DNA of 64,000 nucleotides from contig NC_086108.1 of the NCBI RefSeq assembly GCF_963921235.1, positions 2,170,001 through 2,234,000 of the forward strand. Direction: 5' to 3'. This DNA is from Mobula hypostoma. Its lineage: Eukaryota. How positions within the stretch are numbered: the stretch's first letter is position 1; each line of letters starts with the position of its first letter. Positions 1 to 12,802 of the stretch are shown piece by piece. The notes below the pieces were generated by a model that was given only the letters and a program-made list of their open reading frames with translations, did not search any database and was not told where the DNA came from. A program made the translations under genes and the position numbers.

Positions 1-1128
1 TCAATCGGGCTCGTAAGACACAATCTGCCTTTGACAAAGCCATGCTGACTATTCCTAGTCATATTATGCCTCTCCAAATGTTCATAAATCCTGCCTCTCA
101 GGATCTTCTCCATCAACTTACCAACCACTGAAGTAAGACTCACTGGTGTATAATTTCCTGGGCTATCTCTACTCCCTTTCTTGAATAAGGGAACTACTTC
201 CACAACCCTCCAATCCTCCAGAACCTCTCCCGTCCCCAATGATGATGTAAAGATCATCACCAGAGGCTAGCAATCTCCTCCCTCGCCTCCCACAGTGGCC
301 TGGGGTACATCTCATCCAGTCCCGGCGACTTATCCAACTTGATCTTTTCCAAAAGCTCCAGCACATCCTCTTTCTTAATATCTACATGCTCAAGCTTTTC
401 AATCCGCTGTAAGTTATCCCTACAATCGCCAAGATCCTTCTCCATAGTGAATACTGAAGCAAGGTATTCATTAAGTACCTCTGCTATCTCCTCTTGTTCC
501 ATACACATTTTTCCACTGTCACACTTGATTGGTCCTATTCTCTCATGTCTTATCCTCTTGTTCTTCAAATACTTGTAGAATGCCTTGGGGTTTTCCTTAA
601 TTTAATCCTGTCCTCCACGGCCTTCTCATGGCCCCTTCTGGCTCTCCTAATTTCATCCTTAAGCTCCTTCCTGCTAGCCTTAGAGATCTAGCAGATTATA
701 TCATTACCTGGTTTTTTTGAACCTTTTATAAGCTCTTCTTTTGACTAGATTTACAACAGTCTTTGTACACCACGGTTCCTATACCCTGCCATCCTTTCCC
801 TGTCTCATTGGAACGTACCTATGCAGAACTCCACGCAAATATCCCCTGAACATTTGCCACATTTCTTCTGTGCATTTCCCTGAGAACATATGTTCCCAAT
901 TTATGCTTCCAAGTTCCTGCCTGATATCCTCATACTTCCCCTAACTTCAATTAAATGCTTTCCTAACTTGTCTGTTCCTATCCCTCTCCAATGCTGTGGT
1001 AAAGGAATTAGAATTGTGATCACTATCTCCAAAATGCTCTCCCACTGAGAGATCTGGCACCTGACCAGGTTCATTTCCCAATACCAGATCAAGTACAGCC
1101 TCTCCTCTTGTAGGCTTATCTACATATT
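1..1128 (-). mobile_element. CR1 LINE ORF2 fragment (endonuclease-RT linker), degenerate, runs off the window start
   Basis: ORF 257-568 reads EEIAEVLNEYLASVFT...KLDKSPGLDEMYPR, typical of CR1 ORF2. It carries frameshifts and is cut at 1128 by the next CR1. Confidence 0.9.
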
Positions 1129-1215
1129 AGACCATAACACAAAGGAGCAGAAGTCAGCCATGCGGCCCATCGAGTCTGCTCCGCCATTTTATCATGAGCT
1201 GATCCATTCTCCCAT

Positions 1216-4034
1216 TTAGTCCCACTCCCCCGCCTTCTCACCATAACCTTTGATGCCCTGGCTACTCAGATACCTATCAATCTCTGCCTTAAATACACCC
1301 ATTGACTTGGCCTCCACTGCTGTCCGTGGCAACAAATTCCATAGATTCACCACCCTCTGACTAAAAAAATTTCTTTGCATTTCTGTTCTGAATGGGCACC
1401 CTTCAATCCTTAAGTCATGCCCTCTCGTACTAGACTCCCCCATCATGGGAAACAACTTTGCCACATCCAGTCTGTCCATGCCTTTCAACATTCGAAATGT
1501 TTCTATGAGGTCTCCCCTCATTCTTCTAAACTCCAAGGAATACAGTCCAAGAGCAGACAAACGTTCCTCATATGTTAACCCTCTCATTCCCAGAATCATT
1601 CTACTGAACCTTCTCTGTACCCTCTCCAACGTCAGCACATCCCTTCTTAAATAAGAAGACCAAAACTGCCCACAGTACTCCAAGTGAGATCTCACCAGCG
1701 CCTTATAGAGCCTCAACATCACATCCCTGCTCCTATACTCTATTCCTCTAGAAATGAATGCCAACATTGCATTCGCCACCTTCACTACCGACTCAACCTG
1801 GAGGTTAACCTTAAGGGTATCCTGTACGAGGACTCCCAAGTCCCGTTGCATCTCAGAACTTTGAATTCTTTCCCCATTTAAATAATAGTCTGCCTGTTTA
1901 TTTCTTCTGCCAAAGTGCATAACCATACACTTTCCAACATTGTATTTCATTTGCCACTTCTTTGCCCATTCTTCCAATCTATCCAAGTCTCTCTGCAAAC
2001 TCTCCGTTTCCTCAGCACTGCCGGCCCCTCCACCTATCTTCGTATCGTCAGCAATCTTAGCCACAAAGCCATCTATTCCATAATCCAAATTGTTGATATA
2101 CAATGTAAAAAGAAGTGGCCCCAACACGGACCCCTGCAGAACACCACTGGTAACTGGCAGCCAACCAGAATAGGATCCCTTTATTCCCACTCTCTGTTTC
2201 CTGCCAATCAGCCAATGCTCTATCCACGTATGTAACTTCGCCGTAATTCCATGGGCTCTTATCTTGTTAAGTAGCCTAATGTGTGGCACCTTGTCAAAGG
2301 CCTTCTGAAAATCCAAACTTACAACATCCACTGCATCTTCCTCGTCTAGCCTACTTGTAATTTCCTCAAAAAATTGTAATAGGTTTGTCAGGCAGGATTT
2401 TCCTTTAAGGAATCCATACTGAGTTCTGCCTATCTTGTCATATGCCTCCAGGTACTCTGTAACCTCATCCTTGACAATGGACTCCAACAACTTCCCAACC
2501 TTCGACGTCAAGCTAACAGGTCTATAATTTCCTTTTTGCTTCCTTGCCCCCTTCTTAAATAGTGGAGTGACATTTGCAATCTTCCAGTCCTCCGGAACCA
2601 TGCCAGAATCTATCGACTTTTGAAAGATCATCGCTATTGCCTCCGCAATCTCCATAGCTACTTCCTTCAGAACACGAGGGTGCATTCCATCTGGTCCAGG
2701 AGATTTATCTACCTTTAGACTATTCAGCTTCCTGAGTACTTTCTGTGTCGTAATTGTGACTGTGCACACTTCTCTTCCCTGCCACCCTTGAGTGTCCAAT
2801 ATACTGCTGATGTTTTCCTCAGTGAAGACTGATGCAAAATACTCATTCAGTTCCTCCGCCATCTCCTTACAATTTCTCCAGCATCATCTTCTATCGGTCC
2901 TATATCTACTCTCACCTGTCTTTTACTTTTTATATACTTGAAAAAGCTTTTAGTATCCTCTTTGATATTATTTGCCAGCTTCCTTTCATAGTTCATCTTT
3001 TCCCTCTCAATGACTTTCTTAGTTTCCTTTTGTAAGGTTTTAAAAACTTTCCAATCCTCTGTCTTCCCACTAATTTTTGCTTCCTTGTATGCCCTCTCCT
3101 TTGCTTTAACTTTGGCTTTGACTTCTCTTGTCAACCACGGTTACATCCTTTTTCCATTCGAAAATTTCTTCTCTTTTGGAATATACCTGTCTTGCACCTT
3201 CCTCACTTCTCGCATAAACTCCAGCCACTGCTGCTCTGCTGTCTTTCCCGCCAGTGTCCCTTTCCAGTCAACTTTGGCCAGTTCCTCTCTCATGCCACTG
3301 TAATTTCCTTTACTCCACTGAAATACCGACACATCAGATTTCGGCTTCTCTTTTTCAAATTTCACAGTGAACTCAATCATGTTATGATCACTGCCTCCTG
3401 AGGGTTCCTTCACCGTAATCTCTCTAGTCGCCTCCGGTTCATTACACAATACCTAATCCAGTACAGCCGATCCCCTGGGGCTCAACAACAAGCTGTTCTA
3501 AAAAGCCATCTCGCAGGCATTCTACAAATTCTCTCTCTTGAGATCCAGTGCCGACCTGATTTTCCCAATCCACTCGCATGTTAAAATCCCCCACAATTAT
3601 CATAACACTGCCCTTCTGACAAGCCTTTTCTATTTCCTGTAGTAATTTGTAGTCCACATCCCTACAGCTGTTTGGAGGCCTATAAATAACTGCCATCAGG
3701 GTCCTTTTACCCCGCGATTTCTTAGCTCAACCCATAAAGATTCTGCACCTTCAGATCCTATACTACTTCTTTCTAATGATTTAATATCATTTCTTACCAA
3801 TAAAGCCACGCCTCCCCCTCTGCCTACCTTCCTATCCTTCCGATACACCGTGTATCCTTGGACGTTCGGCTCCCAGAGACATGCATCCTTTAGCCACATC
3901 TCAGTGATGGCCACAGTATCATACCTGCCAATCTGTAGCTGTATGACAAGATCATCCACCTTATTCCTTATGCTGCGTGCATTTAAGTATAACACCTTAA
4001 GACCAGTATTTGGTACTTTTCGCTTTGATTCCAC
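1216..4034 (-). pseudogene. CR1 ORF2 (APE endonuclease + reverse transcriptase) split by frameshifts
   Basis: Consecutive ORFs 3696-4034, 3442-3696, 3141-3449, 2847-3134 and 1216-2862 tile one ORF2. Confidence 0.9.
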
Positions 4035-4190
4035 TGCAACTTAATGGCACTGCAACTCATCCCAATGGCTACAAATTTGCCCCATCACCTACCTGTCTTT
4101 CCTGACATCTTTACTGCTCACTGTCTTGGATTTATTTCTGTTTTCCCCTTCCTCCGCTCTTATCATTCCGGTTCCCACCCCCCTGCCAAA

Positions 4191-5130
4191 TTAGTTTAAA
4201 TCCTCCCTAACAGCTCTATTAAACTTTCCCGCCAGGATATTGGTCCCCTTCGGGTTCAGGTGTAACCTGTCCATTTTGAACAGGTCATACTTCCCCCAGA
4301 AGAGATCCCAATTATCTAAGAATCTGAAGCCCTGCCCCCTACACCAGTCTCTCAGCCATGCATTCATCTGCCTGATCCTACTATTCTTGCCCTCGCTAGC
4401 ACGTGGCACAGGTAGCAATCCCGAGATTACTACCCTGGAGGTCCTGCTTCTCAGCTTCCTTCCTAACTCCCAGAAATCTCTCTTCAGGACCTCCTCCTTT
4501 GTCCTATCTATGTCATTGGTACCAACATGTACCTCTGGCTGTTCTCCTTCCCACTTCAGGATATCGTGGATGTGATCAGAAACATCACGGACCCTGGCAC
4601 CTGGGAGGCAAACTACCATCTGTGCTTTCTTGTGTCCATGTAATTGCCTGTCTGACCCCTTAACTGTAGAGTCCCCTATCACTGCTGCCAACCTCTTCCT
4701 TTCCCTACCCTTCTGAGCCACAGGGCCAGACTCTGTGCCAGAGGCGCGACCACTGTTGCTTCCCCCAGGTAGGCTGTCTCTCCTCCCTACCCTCCCCAAA
4801 CAGTACTCAAGCAGGAGTACTTATTGTTAAGGGGACAGCCACAGGGGTGCTCTCTAGCATCTGATTCCTGCCCTTCCCTCTCCTGACTGTTACCCAGTTA
4901 TCTGTCTCCCCAGACCCCGGTGTGACTACCTGCCTATAGCTCCTCTCTATCACCTCCTCACTCTCCCTGACCAGATGAAGGTCATCGAGCTGCATCTCCA
5001 GTTCCCTAACCCGGTCCCTGAGGAGCTGTAGCTTGATGTACCTGGCAGAGATGTGGCTGTCCGGGAGGCTGGGAGTCTCCTGCACTTCCCACATCTGACA
5101 CCCAGTACAGAACACTGGCCTCACAGACAT
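4191..5130 (-). pseudogene. CR1 ORF1: Cys motif/leucine zipper + SGNH (GDSL) esterase, one frameshift
   Basis: N-terminal part CTGCQMWEV...LQLLRDRVRELEMQLDDL. C-terminal part VIGDSTVK, CLPGARVRDV, HVGTND, DRLHLNPKG matches the SGNH blocks. Confidence 0.85.
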
Positions 5131-5321
5131 ACTTCCTGTCTGTATTCTACACAGACAACCTACCTGTCCTCGACTCGTTAATGCTGAAGCCCCATTGAGC
5201 CAAAGACTTGCTACTGTCTCTCCCTCTACTCTAGCGCCCGCTCTGTAAAGCTGTCTCCTTTTAAACTCTTCTCGCTGTTCTCACTGGCTGACATCCACGC
5301 ACTTGTGCAGTCGTGCCCTGA

Positions 5322-5930
5322 TCAAACCAGAAGAGGGGATTCCTGGCCTGAGGCAACCATGTTCCAGACTCTCAGTAGGTCCTGATAGAAACCGGGCAGA
5401 CTTTGCAAAGTAGCACAGCTGACACCCGCAGGTGGCAGCCGCATGTCTTTGTAAAGACAGCAGCCCCTCCGGAGAAAGAATGTTGCCAACACGTGCCACT
5501 TGGGAGGGCGCTCAGCGTACAAGAATCTCTGCAGGGTCCTGAGGTGGCGAGCTGCCAGTCGCATACATACACACACCAGTGACTGTCTGCCCTCTCCCAC
5601 TGGGAGACTCAAGACTGCTGCGGAGATCCAGTGTTTCCTGTTACCCCAGAAGAAGTCCACTAATTTCCTCTGCATTCTCACTACAAAGGGGGCAGGTGGT
5701 GCCAAGGTGACCATCTGGTATCACAACATGGAGACCACCAGCTGGTTTATGACCACCACCCTGTCTCGATAGGAAAGCACCCTGAGAAGGCTTGACCAGC
5801 GCCACATCCGGGCCATGACTTTCATCTCCAGATCCTGCCAGTTTGCCAACCAGGTTTCCTCAGAATGATTCGGATAGACTCCCAGATAGAGGAGATGCTT
5901 GGTGTTCCACTCAAAAGCTCTCATCTCCGG
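5322..5930 (-). mobile_element. Tx1/L1-clade LINE ORF2 fragment (RT thumb region)
   Basis: LYLGVY...NWQDLEMKV...LSYRDRVVVINQLVVSML and LVDFFWGNRKHWISAAVLSLPVGEG resemble Tx1 ORF2. Confidence 0.75.
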
Positions 5931-6059
5931 CAGGTCTCAGCTCAGTTCTGCATCCTGTCGCTGTCTTGCTGTAACCTTTGACAACCCTCCAGTCTATCCA
6001 CAACACCCCCAACCTTTGTTTCATCAGCAAACTTACTAACCCACGCCTCTACTTCTTCA

Positions 6060-7568
6060 GAAACACGAGGAAGTCTGCACATGCTGGAATTTCAAGCATC
6101 ACACATAAAAGTTGCTGGTGAACGCAGCAGGCCAGGCAGCATCTCTAGGAAGAGGTACAGTTGTCCTCCAACTTTCACCCTGCCCTCAAGTTTACCTGGT
6201 CCATTTCCGACACCTCCCTCCCCTTTCTAGATCTTTCTGTCTCTATCTCTGGAGACAGCTTATCTACTGATGTCTACTATAAGCCTACTGACTCTCTCAG
6301 CTATCTGGACTATTCCTCTTCTCACCCTGTCTCTTGCAAAAATGCTATCCCCTTCTCGCAATTCCTCTGTCTCCGCCGCATCTGCTCTCAGGATGAGGCT
6401 TTTCATTCCAGGACGAGGGAGATGTCCTCCTTTTTTAAAGAAAGGGGCTTCCCTTCCTCCAGCATCAACTCTGCTCTCAAACGCATCTCCCCCATTTCAC
6501 GCACGTCTGCTCTCACTCCATCCTCCTGCCACCCCACTAGGAATAGGGTTCCTCTTGTCCTCACCTACCATCCCACCAGCCTCCGGGTCCAACATATAAT
6601 TCTCCGTAACTTCTGCCACCTCCAACGGGATCCCACCACTAAGCACATCTTTCCCTCCCCTCCCCCCCCGCTTTCCGCAGGGATCGCTCCCTTCGTGACT
6701 CCCTTGTCCTTTCGTCCCGTCCCCGTCCCCCACCAATCTCCCTCCTGGCACTTATCCTTGTAAGTGGAACAAGTGCTAAACATGCCCTTACACTTCCTCC
6801 CTTACCACCATTCAGGGCCCCAGACAGTCCTTCCAGGTGAGGCAACACTTCACCTGTGAGTCAGCTGGAGTGATATACTGCGTCCGGTGCTCCCGATGTG
6901 GCCTTCTATATATTGGCGAGACCCGACACAGACTGGGAGATCATTTCGCTGAACACCTACGCTATGTCCGCCAGAGAGAGCAGGATCTTCCAGTGGCCAC
7001 ACATTTTAATTCCACGTCCCATTCCCATTCTGATACGTCTATCCACGGCCTCCTCTACTGTAAAGATGAAGCCACATTCGGTTTGGAGGAACAACACCTT
7101 ATATTCCGTCTGGGTAGCCTCCAATCCTGAGGGCATGAACATTGAATTCTCAAACTTCTGCTAATGCCCCACCTCCCCCTCGTACCCCATCCATTATTTA
7201 TTTATATACACGCATTCTTTTTCTCTCTCTCCTTTTTCTCCCTCTGTCCCCCTCACTATACCCCTTGCCCATCCTCTGGGTTTTCCCCCCTCCCCCTTTT
7301 CCCTCTCCCTGGGCCTCCTGTCCCATGATCCTCTCAAAGCCCTTTTGCCAATCACCTGTCCAGCTCTTGGCTCCATCCCTCCCCCTCCTGTCTTCTCCTA
7401 TCATTTTGGATCTCCCCCTCCCCCTCCCCCTCCCACTTTCAAATCTCTTACTAATTCTTCCTTCAGTTAGTCCTGACAAAGGGTCTCGGCCCGAAACGTC
7501 GACTGTACCTCTTCCTAGAGATGCTGCCTGGCCTGCTGCGTTCACCAGCAACTTTGATGTGTGTTGCT
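6060..7568 (+). mobile_element. Penelope-like retroelement, 5'-truncated, with inverted terminal copy and 12-bp TSD
   Basis: RT C-terminus FHPALKFT..FLDLSV..VYYKPTD..YLDYSSSHP (ORF 6161). GIY-YIG motif VIYCVRCSRCGLLYIGET (ORF 6837). 6060-6160 is an inverted copy of the 3' end. TSD TCTACTTCTTCA at 6048-6059 and 7569-7580. Confidence 0.92.
7468..7505 (+). ncRNA. Minimal hammerhead ribozyme motif (core-mutated) in Penelope 3' repeat
   Basis: TAGTC-CTGACAA-A-GGGTCTCGGCCC-GAAA-CGTC-GACTG. CTGACAA deviates from the CUGANGA core. Confidence 0.65.
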
Positions 7569-8915
7569 TCTACTTCTTCATCCAGGTCATTTATAAAAAT
7601 CACTAAGAGGATGGGTTCCAGAACAGATCCCTGCAGAACACCACTGGTCACTGTCCTCCATGCAGAATATGAACCATCTGCAGCCACCCTTTGCCTTCTG
7701 TGGACAAACCAATTCTGGATCCACAAAGCAAGGCCTCCTTGGATCCCATGCCTTACTTTCTGAATGAGCCTTGCATGGGGTTCCTTATCAAATTCCGTAC
7801 TAAAATCCATATGCACTACATCCAGTGGTCCTACCTTCATCAATGTGTTTTGTTACATCCTCAAAGAATTCAGTCAGGCTTGTAAGGTAAGACCTGTCCT
7901 TGACAAAGCCATGCTGACTATCCCTAATCAGATTGTGTCTCTCCAAATGCTCACATATCCTGCCTCTCAGGATCGTCAACAACTTGCCCACCACTGAAGT
8001 AAGACTCACTGGTCTATAATTTCCTGGGTTATCTCTACTCCCTTTCTTGAACAAGGGAACAATATTTGCAACCCTCCAATCCTCCGATACGTCTCTGTCC
8101 CTGTTGATGACACAAAGATCATGGCTAGAAGCTCAGCAATCTCATCCCTCACTTCCCACAGTAGTCTGGGGTATATCTCATTGGGTCCCGATGACTTATC
8201 TCACTTAATGCTTTTCAAAAGCTCCAGCACATCCCCTTTATGCCTACATGCTCAAGCATTTCAGTCTGCTGTAAGTCATCCCCACAATTGCCAGGTTCCT
8301 TTTCCCTGGTGAATACTGAAGTATTCATTGAGTACCTGAGCCACCTCCTCCGGCTCCATGCACACATTTCCACTATCGCACCTGATTGGTCCTATAGTTG
8401 TAGAATGCCTTCCGTGATCCTCCTCTCCAAGGCCTTCTCATGGCCCCCTGGCTCTCCTAATTCCATTTTTAAGCTCCTTCCTAGCAACCTTGTGTAAGTT
8501 TTTTTTTCTTCTTCTTGACTAGATTTTCTACATCCTTTGTACATTGTGGTTCTTTAACCCTACCATCCTTTCCCTGCCTCAATGGAATATACCTATCCAG
8601 AACTCCATGCAAATGTCCCCGAACTTTTGCCATATTTCTGCCATGCATTTCCCTGAGAACATCTCCCAATTTATGCTTCAATCCTGCCTAATAGCATCAC
8701 ATTTCCCCCTACACCAATTAAGTGTTTTCCCAAATTGTCTGCTCCTATCCCTCTCCAGCGCTATGGTGAAGGAGATAGAGTTGTGTTCACTACATCCAAA
8801 ATGCTCTCCCACCAAGAGATCAGACACCTGACCAGGTTCATTTCCCAACACCAGATCAAGTACAGCTTCTCCTGTAGTTGTCTTATCTACATATTGCGTC
8901 AGGAGAGCTTCCTAG

Positions 8916-9840
8916 GGAATCCTGCACAAGGTCTCCCAAGTCCCTTTGCACCTCAGTTTTTTTTTGTGTTTTTTTAGAAAATAGTCTACCCTTTCTTCTA
9001 CTAAGTGCATAACCATTCACTTCAGACCCTGTCCAAGTCCATCTGTAGCCTCGCTACTTCCTCAAAACTACCTCACCCTTCACCTGTCTTCGTATTGTTT
9101 GCAAACTTTACAACAAAGCCATCAATTCCATCATCCAAATAATGACATATAATATAAAAAGAATCGGTCCCAACACAGACCCCTGTGGAATAGCACTAGT
9201 CATCAGCAGCCAGCCAGAAAAGGCCCCTTTTATACCCACACTTTGCCTCCTGCCAATCAGCCTCTGCTTTGTCCATGCTGGAATCTTCCTTGTATTACCA
9301 TGGGCTCATAGTTTGTTAAGCACCTTGTCAAAGGCCTTCTGAAAATCCAAGTATACAACATCATTCAGTTCTCCTTTGTCTAACTTGCTTGATATTTCTT
9401 CAAAGAATTTCAACAAATTTGTCAGGCAATATTTTCCCTTGAGAAAACCATGCTGACTACAGTCTATTTTATCATGCGCCACCAAGTACCCTGAAACCTC
9501 ATCTTTAATAATCGACTCCAACATCTTCCCAACTACTGAGATCAGACTAACTGCCCTATAGTTTTCTACCTTCTGCCGCTCTCCCTTCTTGAAGAGTGAT
9601 GTGATATCAAGGGTGATGGGTAAGTTTTTTACTCAGTGGTGGATGCCTGGTATGGTGCTGGAGGCAAACACATTAGAGGCTTTTAAGGGACGTTTGGATA
9701 GGCACACGGATAAAAGGAAGATGATGAAGGGTCATGGTGTAGGTAGGAGAATTTAGTGTTTGGGTGTTTTTGATTTGCTTTTGAGCTGGTTCAGTACAAC
9801 ATTGTGGGCCAAATGGCCTGTCCTCTTCTATGTTCTAACA
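8916..9840. mobile_element. Two CR1 fragments (minus 8916-9605; plus 3' end 9606-9840)
   Basis: ORF 9306-9524 has VYLDFQKAFDKV. The plus piece ends in the CR1 tail GGGCCAAATGGCCTG...TTCTATGTTCTA. Confidence 0.75.
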
Positions 9841-10157
9841 AAGTACCAACTTTGAGCAACCACAAAGGTCTAATGGGCAGGTCAGCAAACTCTCCCTGTG
9901 TACAGTGGGTGATTAGCACGTGGCGCCCTTGTGCTGAGCATTACATTAGGAAGGACCAAAACTTCCCTCGGGCAAACCTTATAGATGACGCTGAACGAGT
10001 AACATTAAAAGTTATGGACAGCGATTGAACTGAGTGCTGCAAATGTAGAGGTTTTGTAAAATACATTTGTTACGAGGAAGCAGATTCACAGATTTGAAAA
10101 GTGAGACAGAAGACACTGATTACGAATAAGCACATTAATCATTATGTATTGACATAC

Positions 10158-10397
10158 AGTACAGAGTAGGCCTGGTTGGCCCTTCGAGTCACACCACCCA
10201 GACCAATTTAACCCCAGCCTAATTATGAGACAATTTAGAGTAATTAACCTACCAAACTCTGGACTGTGTGAGGAAACCAGAGCACCTGGAGAAAACGCAT
10301 GTAGTCACGGAGAGTGTACAAGCTCCTTACAGGCAGTGGCGGGAATTGAACCTGGACCGCCTGTACTATAAAACGTTGTGCTGACCATGCCACCCCA
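10158..10397 (-). mobile_element. tRNA-derived V-SINE (HE1-like)
   Basis: Reverse B box (GGGAATTGAACC), V-domain-like GAGGAAACCAGAGCACCTGGAGAAAACGCATGTAGTCACGGAGAGTGTACAAGCTCCTTACAG, and a CR1-like tail. Confidence 0.7.
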
Positions 10398-12731
10398 ATT
10401 TATTTACAGACAGGTAAACATTTTGCCAGACATCTAAGTCACCCTGAGTTGCACAAGTTTAGGATACCTAAGCATTCAGTAACACCTCAAACTCAACAGC
10501 TACCTCATTGTCTCCTCACATTACACAACTACAAAACCAAACATTCAATAAACAGATACTTTGCTAAGAGTGCATCTGGAGCACAATTTCCCAATGACAA
10601 GTGCCTGGAGACAGAGGAAGACCCCTGAGGTGCCTGAAACCGGACGTGGGTGCTGTGGCACACAAGGTAACCAATGGGAAAGAGCTGCTGCACACTTCAA
10701 ACGGGCCAGTCGATGACCGGCATGATGGAAGCGGCTTTCCACCGACAAGTAAACTAACCCCTCATGTTACAAAATTTTCCAAATGTTCTGTTCTATTAAT
10801 TTTTTTTTGTCTTTTTGCTTTTAGGGAGAGTATGATGACTTTGTGGTGCACGGATATTAATGGAAGATCAGAAAACCCTGCAGTGTCATATTTAAAGATT
10901 AAAACTAGCATTAAAGTGGTTCAGCCCGACTGCTGTGAAGAACCTTTAGTCCCTTTTTAATTGTTGTGTAACTTTTGCATTGAAGCAATATCTTGCATTT
11001 GGAGTAGTTTTTATATCCTTGTGTTTGCAAGTATGGATATGTGGTTTGAATGTATCTGGCTGTTTTCCTTTGAAAAGGATGATAGCAAAATGTCAAGCAG
11101 TTGATGCAGAGAACAGACTGCGGAGATTGGCAGCATGGAGATGTGTTCTGAGGTGAAAGGCAGACTTGGGCAAGCAGACCTTAGTCTTGATTGCATAACC
11201 TGAATGATGGGGGAATGGAGTTACATGGATGGGTTTGGGGTTGCAGTGAAGCAGAGAGGCTGTATGTGAGAAGGAAGGGTAAAGTTGATGTTTTTAAAAT
11301 GTGCTGCTGCTCCCAGTGTTTTGCTCAGTGGCGTTACCACCTTTCAGTCGAGGCTTCATCAACAGCGTTCTCAGCCGGAGCAACAGAAGTGAATCTGACA
11401 CCAAGTTTTGAAGAAGTGACCCTGTATTTCTGCTTTGCCACACCTGCCTCCTTGGCGCCAAATGAAGAACAGTTTGTGTATGTGGACTTGTGCAAACTTG
11501 TCAATTTTGTTACTGTGTGAATGCTGACTGAGTTTTCTTTTTGCTACAGGAACTTCCCAGCAATAGTTTACCAAACGTGCAGGAAATTAGAGTCAGCATT
11601 TAAGAATTTAGGATACAATGTGTTTGAATGTGCTGTAGCAGCTTCTGTAACTCAGTGCGATTGGATTCCTCCCTCTTGGTCAGATAAAGATAATAGAGTC
11701 TTGTATGTCACTGCATATTTAGAGACTACTGATAGACGTAGAATCAGCTCATTCACAATGTTTAGGGAAAGCATTTACAACTCAGTAATTGAAAATACTC
11801 TCATTTTTCCTTTTACCTTTCCCTTGGCTGGAATATGCAAGCATATGTTATGAGGTTAACATAGTCTTCGTTAGTTCAGGACAAGGAAGAAACTGAATTT
11901 TAAAAAAATTGTAAATCAAAAATGAGTTTCCTCATTTCATAAAAATAGAAAGTCCATACATTAAGACATATATAATTTTTGATATTTAAAGAAGTCTTAT
12001 AGCCTAAATAGTTTGGCTGCCTTAGTTACATTGGTGTGTTTGGTGAGACTCCTTTTGAAAGCCCGGAACTGTAAGGGGTGGGCGATGTCCTGGCTGCTGC
12101 TTCCCCCTGCCCTTCCCTTGGACGTTTCACATGTTGTAAACACTTCCCTTTTGACGAGCTGCAATTAGTGACAGTTATGTCCTTGAACACTGTTCATTCT
12201 TTGCCCTTCATCGAAGGCTTGAGTTTGGGGTTATCCCTTTTAATAACCATAGGCTGTGATTTAGAAATCCCTCCTAAAGCTAGTCTGTTACTGCTAAGAG
12301 TGTTATCATGAAAACGTGTTTAAAAAGATAAGTTTCCAGTCAGATCTTTTTTATTTGCCTCCAGTCTGGAGTGAGAAGCGATCAGAAGGTCAAAATGCAA
12401 GCCTGTTTCACCATTCAGTGAGGTCAAAATTGACCCTTAGCTACCTATGCCCGTCTCTATAAGTCTGCAGACTCAAATTTGCAATTAAGAATTGACGCCT
12501 AACATCATTCATCCTTTGCTAAAACAGTTCCAAACTCTCAGTGCCCTGTGCACTGAGGATTATATTCTAACCTCAATCCAAAAGCTTGTTTCTAATTTTG
12601 AGATGATCTCCAAGTAGGAAACTGGAGATCAGATAATGCCTCAGAAGAGAGACTTCAGGTCAGTGACTTTGAGGCAGTATCTGATGCTGTGTAATCTGTT
12701 CTTGATAGAGGACTGTGCAGAAGTCTTTGGG

Positions 12732-12802
12732 GTGTGTGTGTATATATGCACATTGTGTGTGTGTGTGTGTGTATACACACACATACATACACACGCACAC
12801 AC
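12732..12802. repeat. Compound (TG)n/(TA)n/(CA)n microsatellite
   Basis: Directly visible. Confidence 0.85.

Larger units (their letters stand above)
1129..5320 (-). mobile_element. Near full-length CR1 LINE (ORF1 + APE-RT ORF2), frameshifted
   Basis: 3' UTR at 1129-1215. RT at 1216-2862 (NYRPVSLTS, LDFQKAFDKV, QGSVLGP, KIADDTK). APE pieces at 2847-4034 (LYLNARSIRNK, VAITEMWL, IYRPPN, GDFN, SDHNMI). ORF1 at 4191-5130. The 5' boundary is approximate. Confidence 0.93.
5935..8915 (-). mobile_element. CR1 LINE fragment interrupted by a Penelope insertion at 6060-7568
   Basis: The RT sequence is continuous across the insertion. Minus-strand ORFs 7463-7843 and 7800-8054 carry GSVLEP and NYRPVSLTSVVGK. 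Confidence 0.85.

Noticed and set aside
11078..11152. C/D-box snoRNA candidate (ATGATAG...CTGA)
   Set aside because: Box C is non-consensus, and there is no terminal stem or recognisable guide sequence. The same applies to 14688-14742.
11521..11853. 110-aa ORF in the repeat-poor island
   Set aside because: No recognisable domain or homology. Kept only as part of the island finding.
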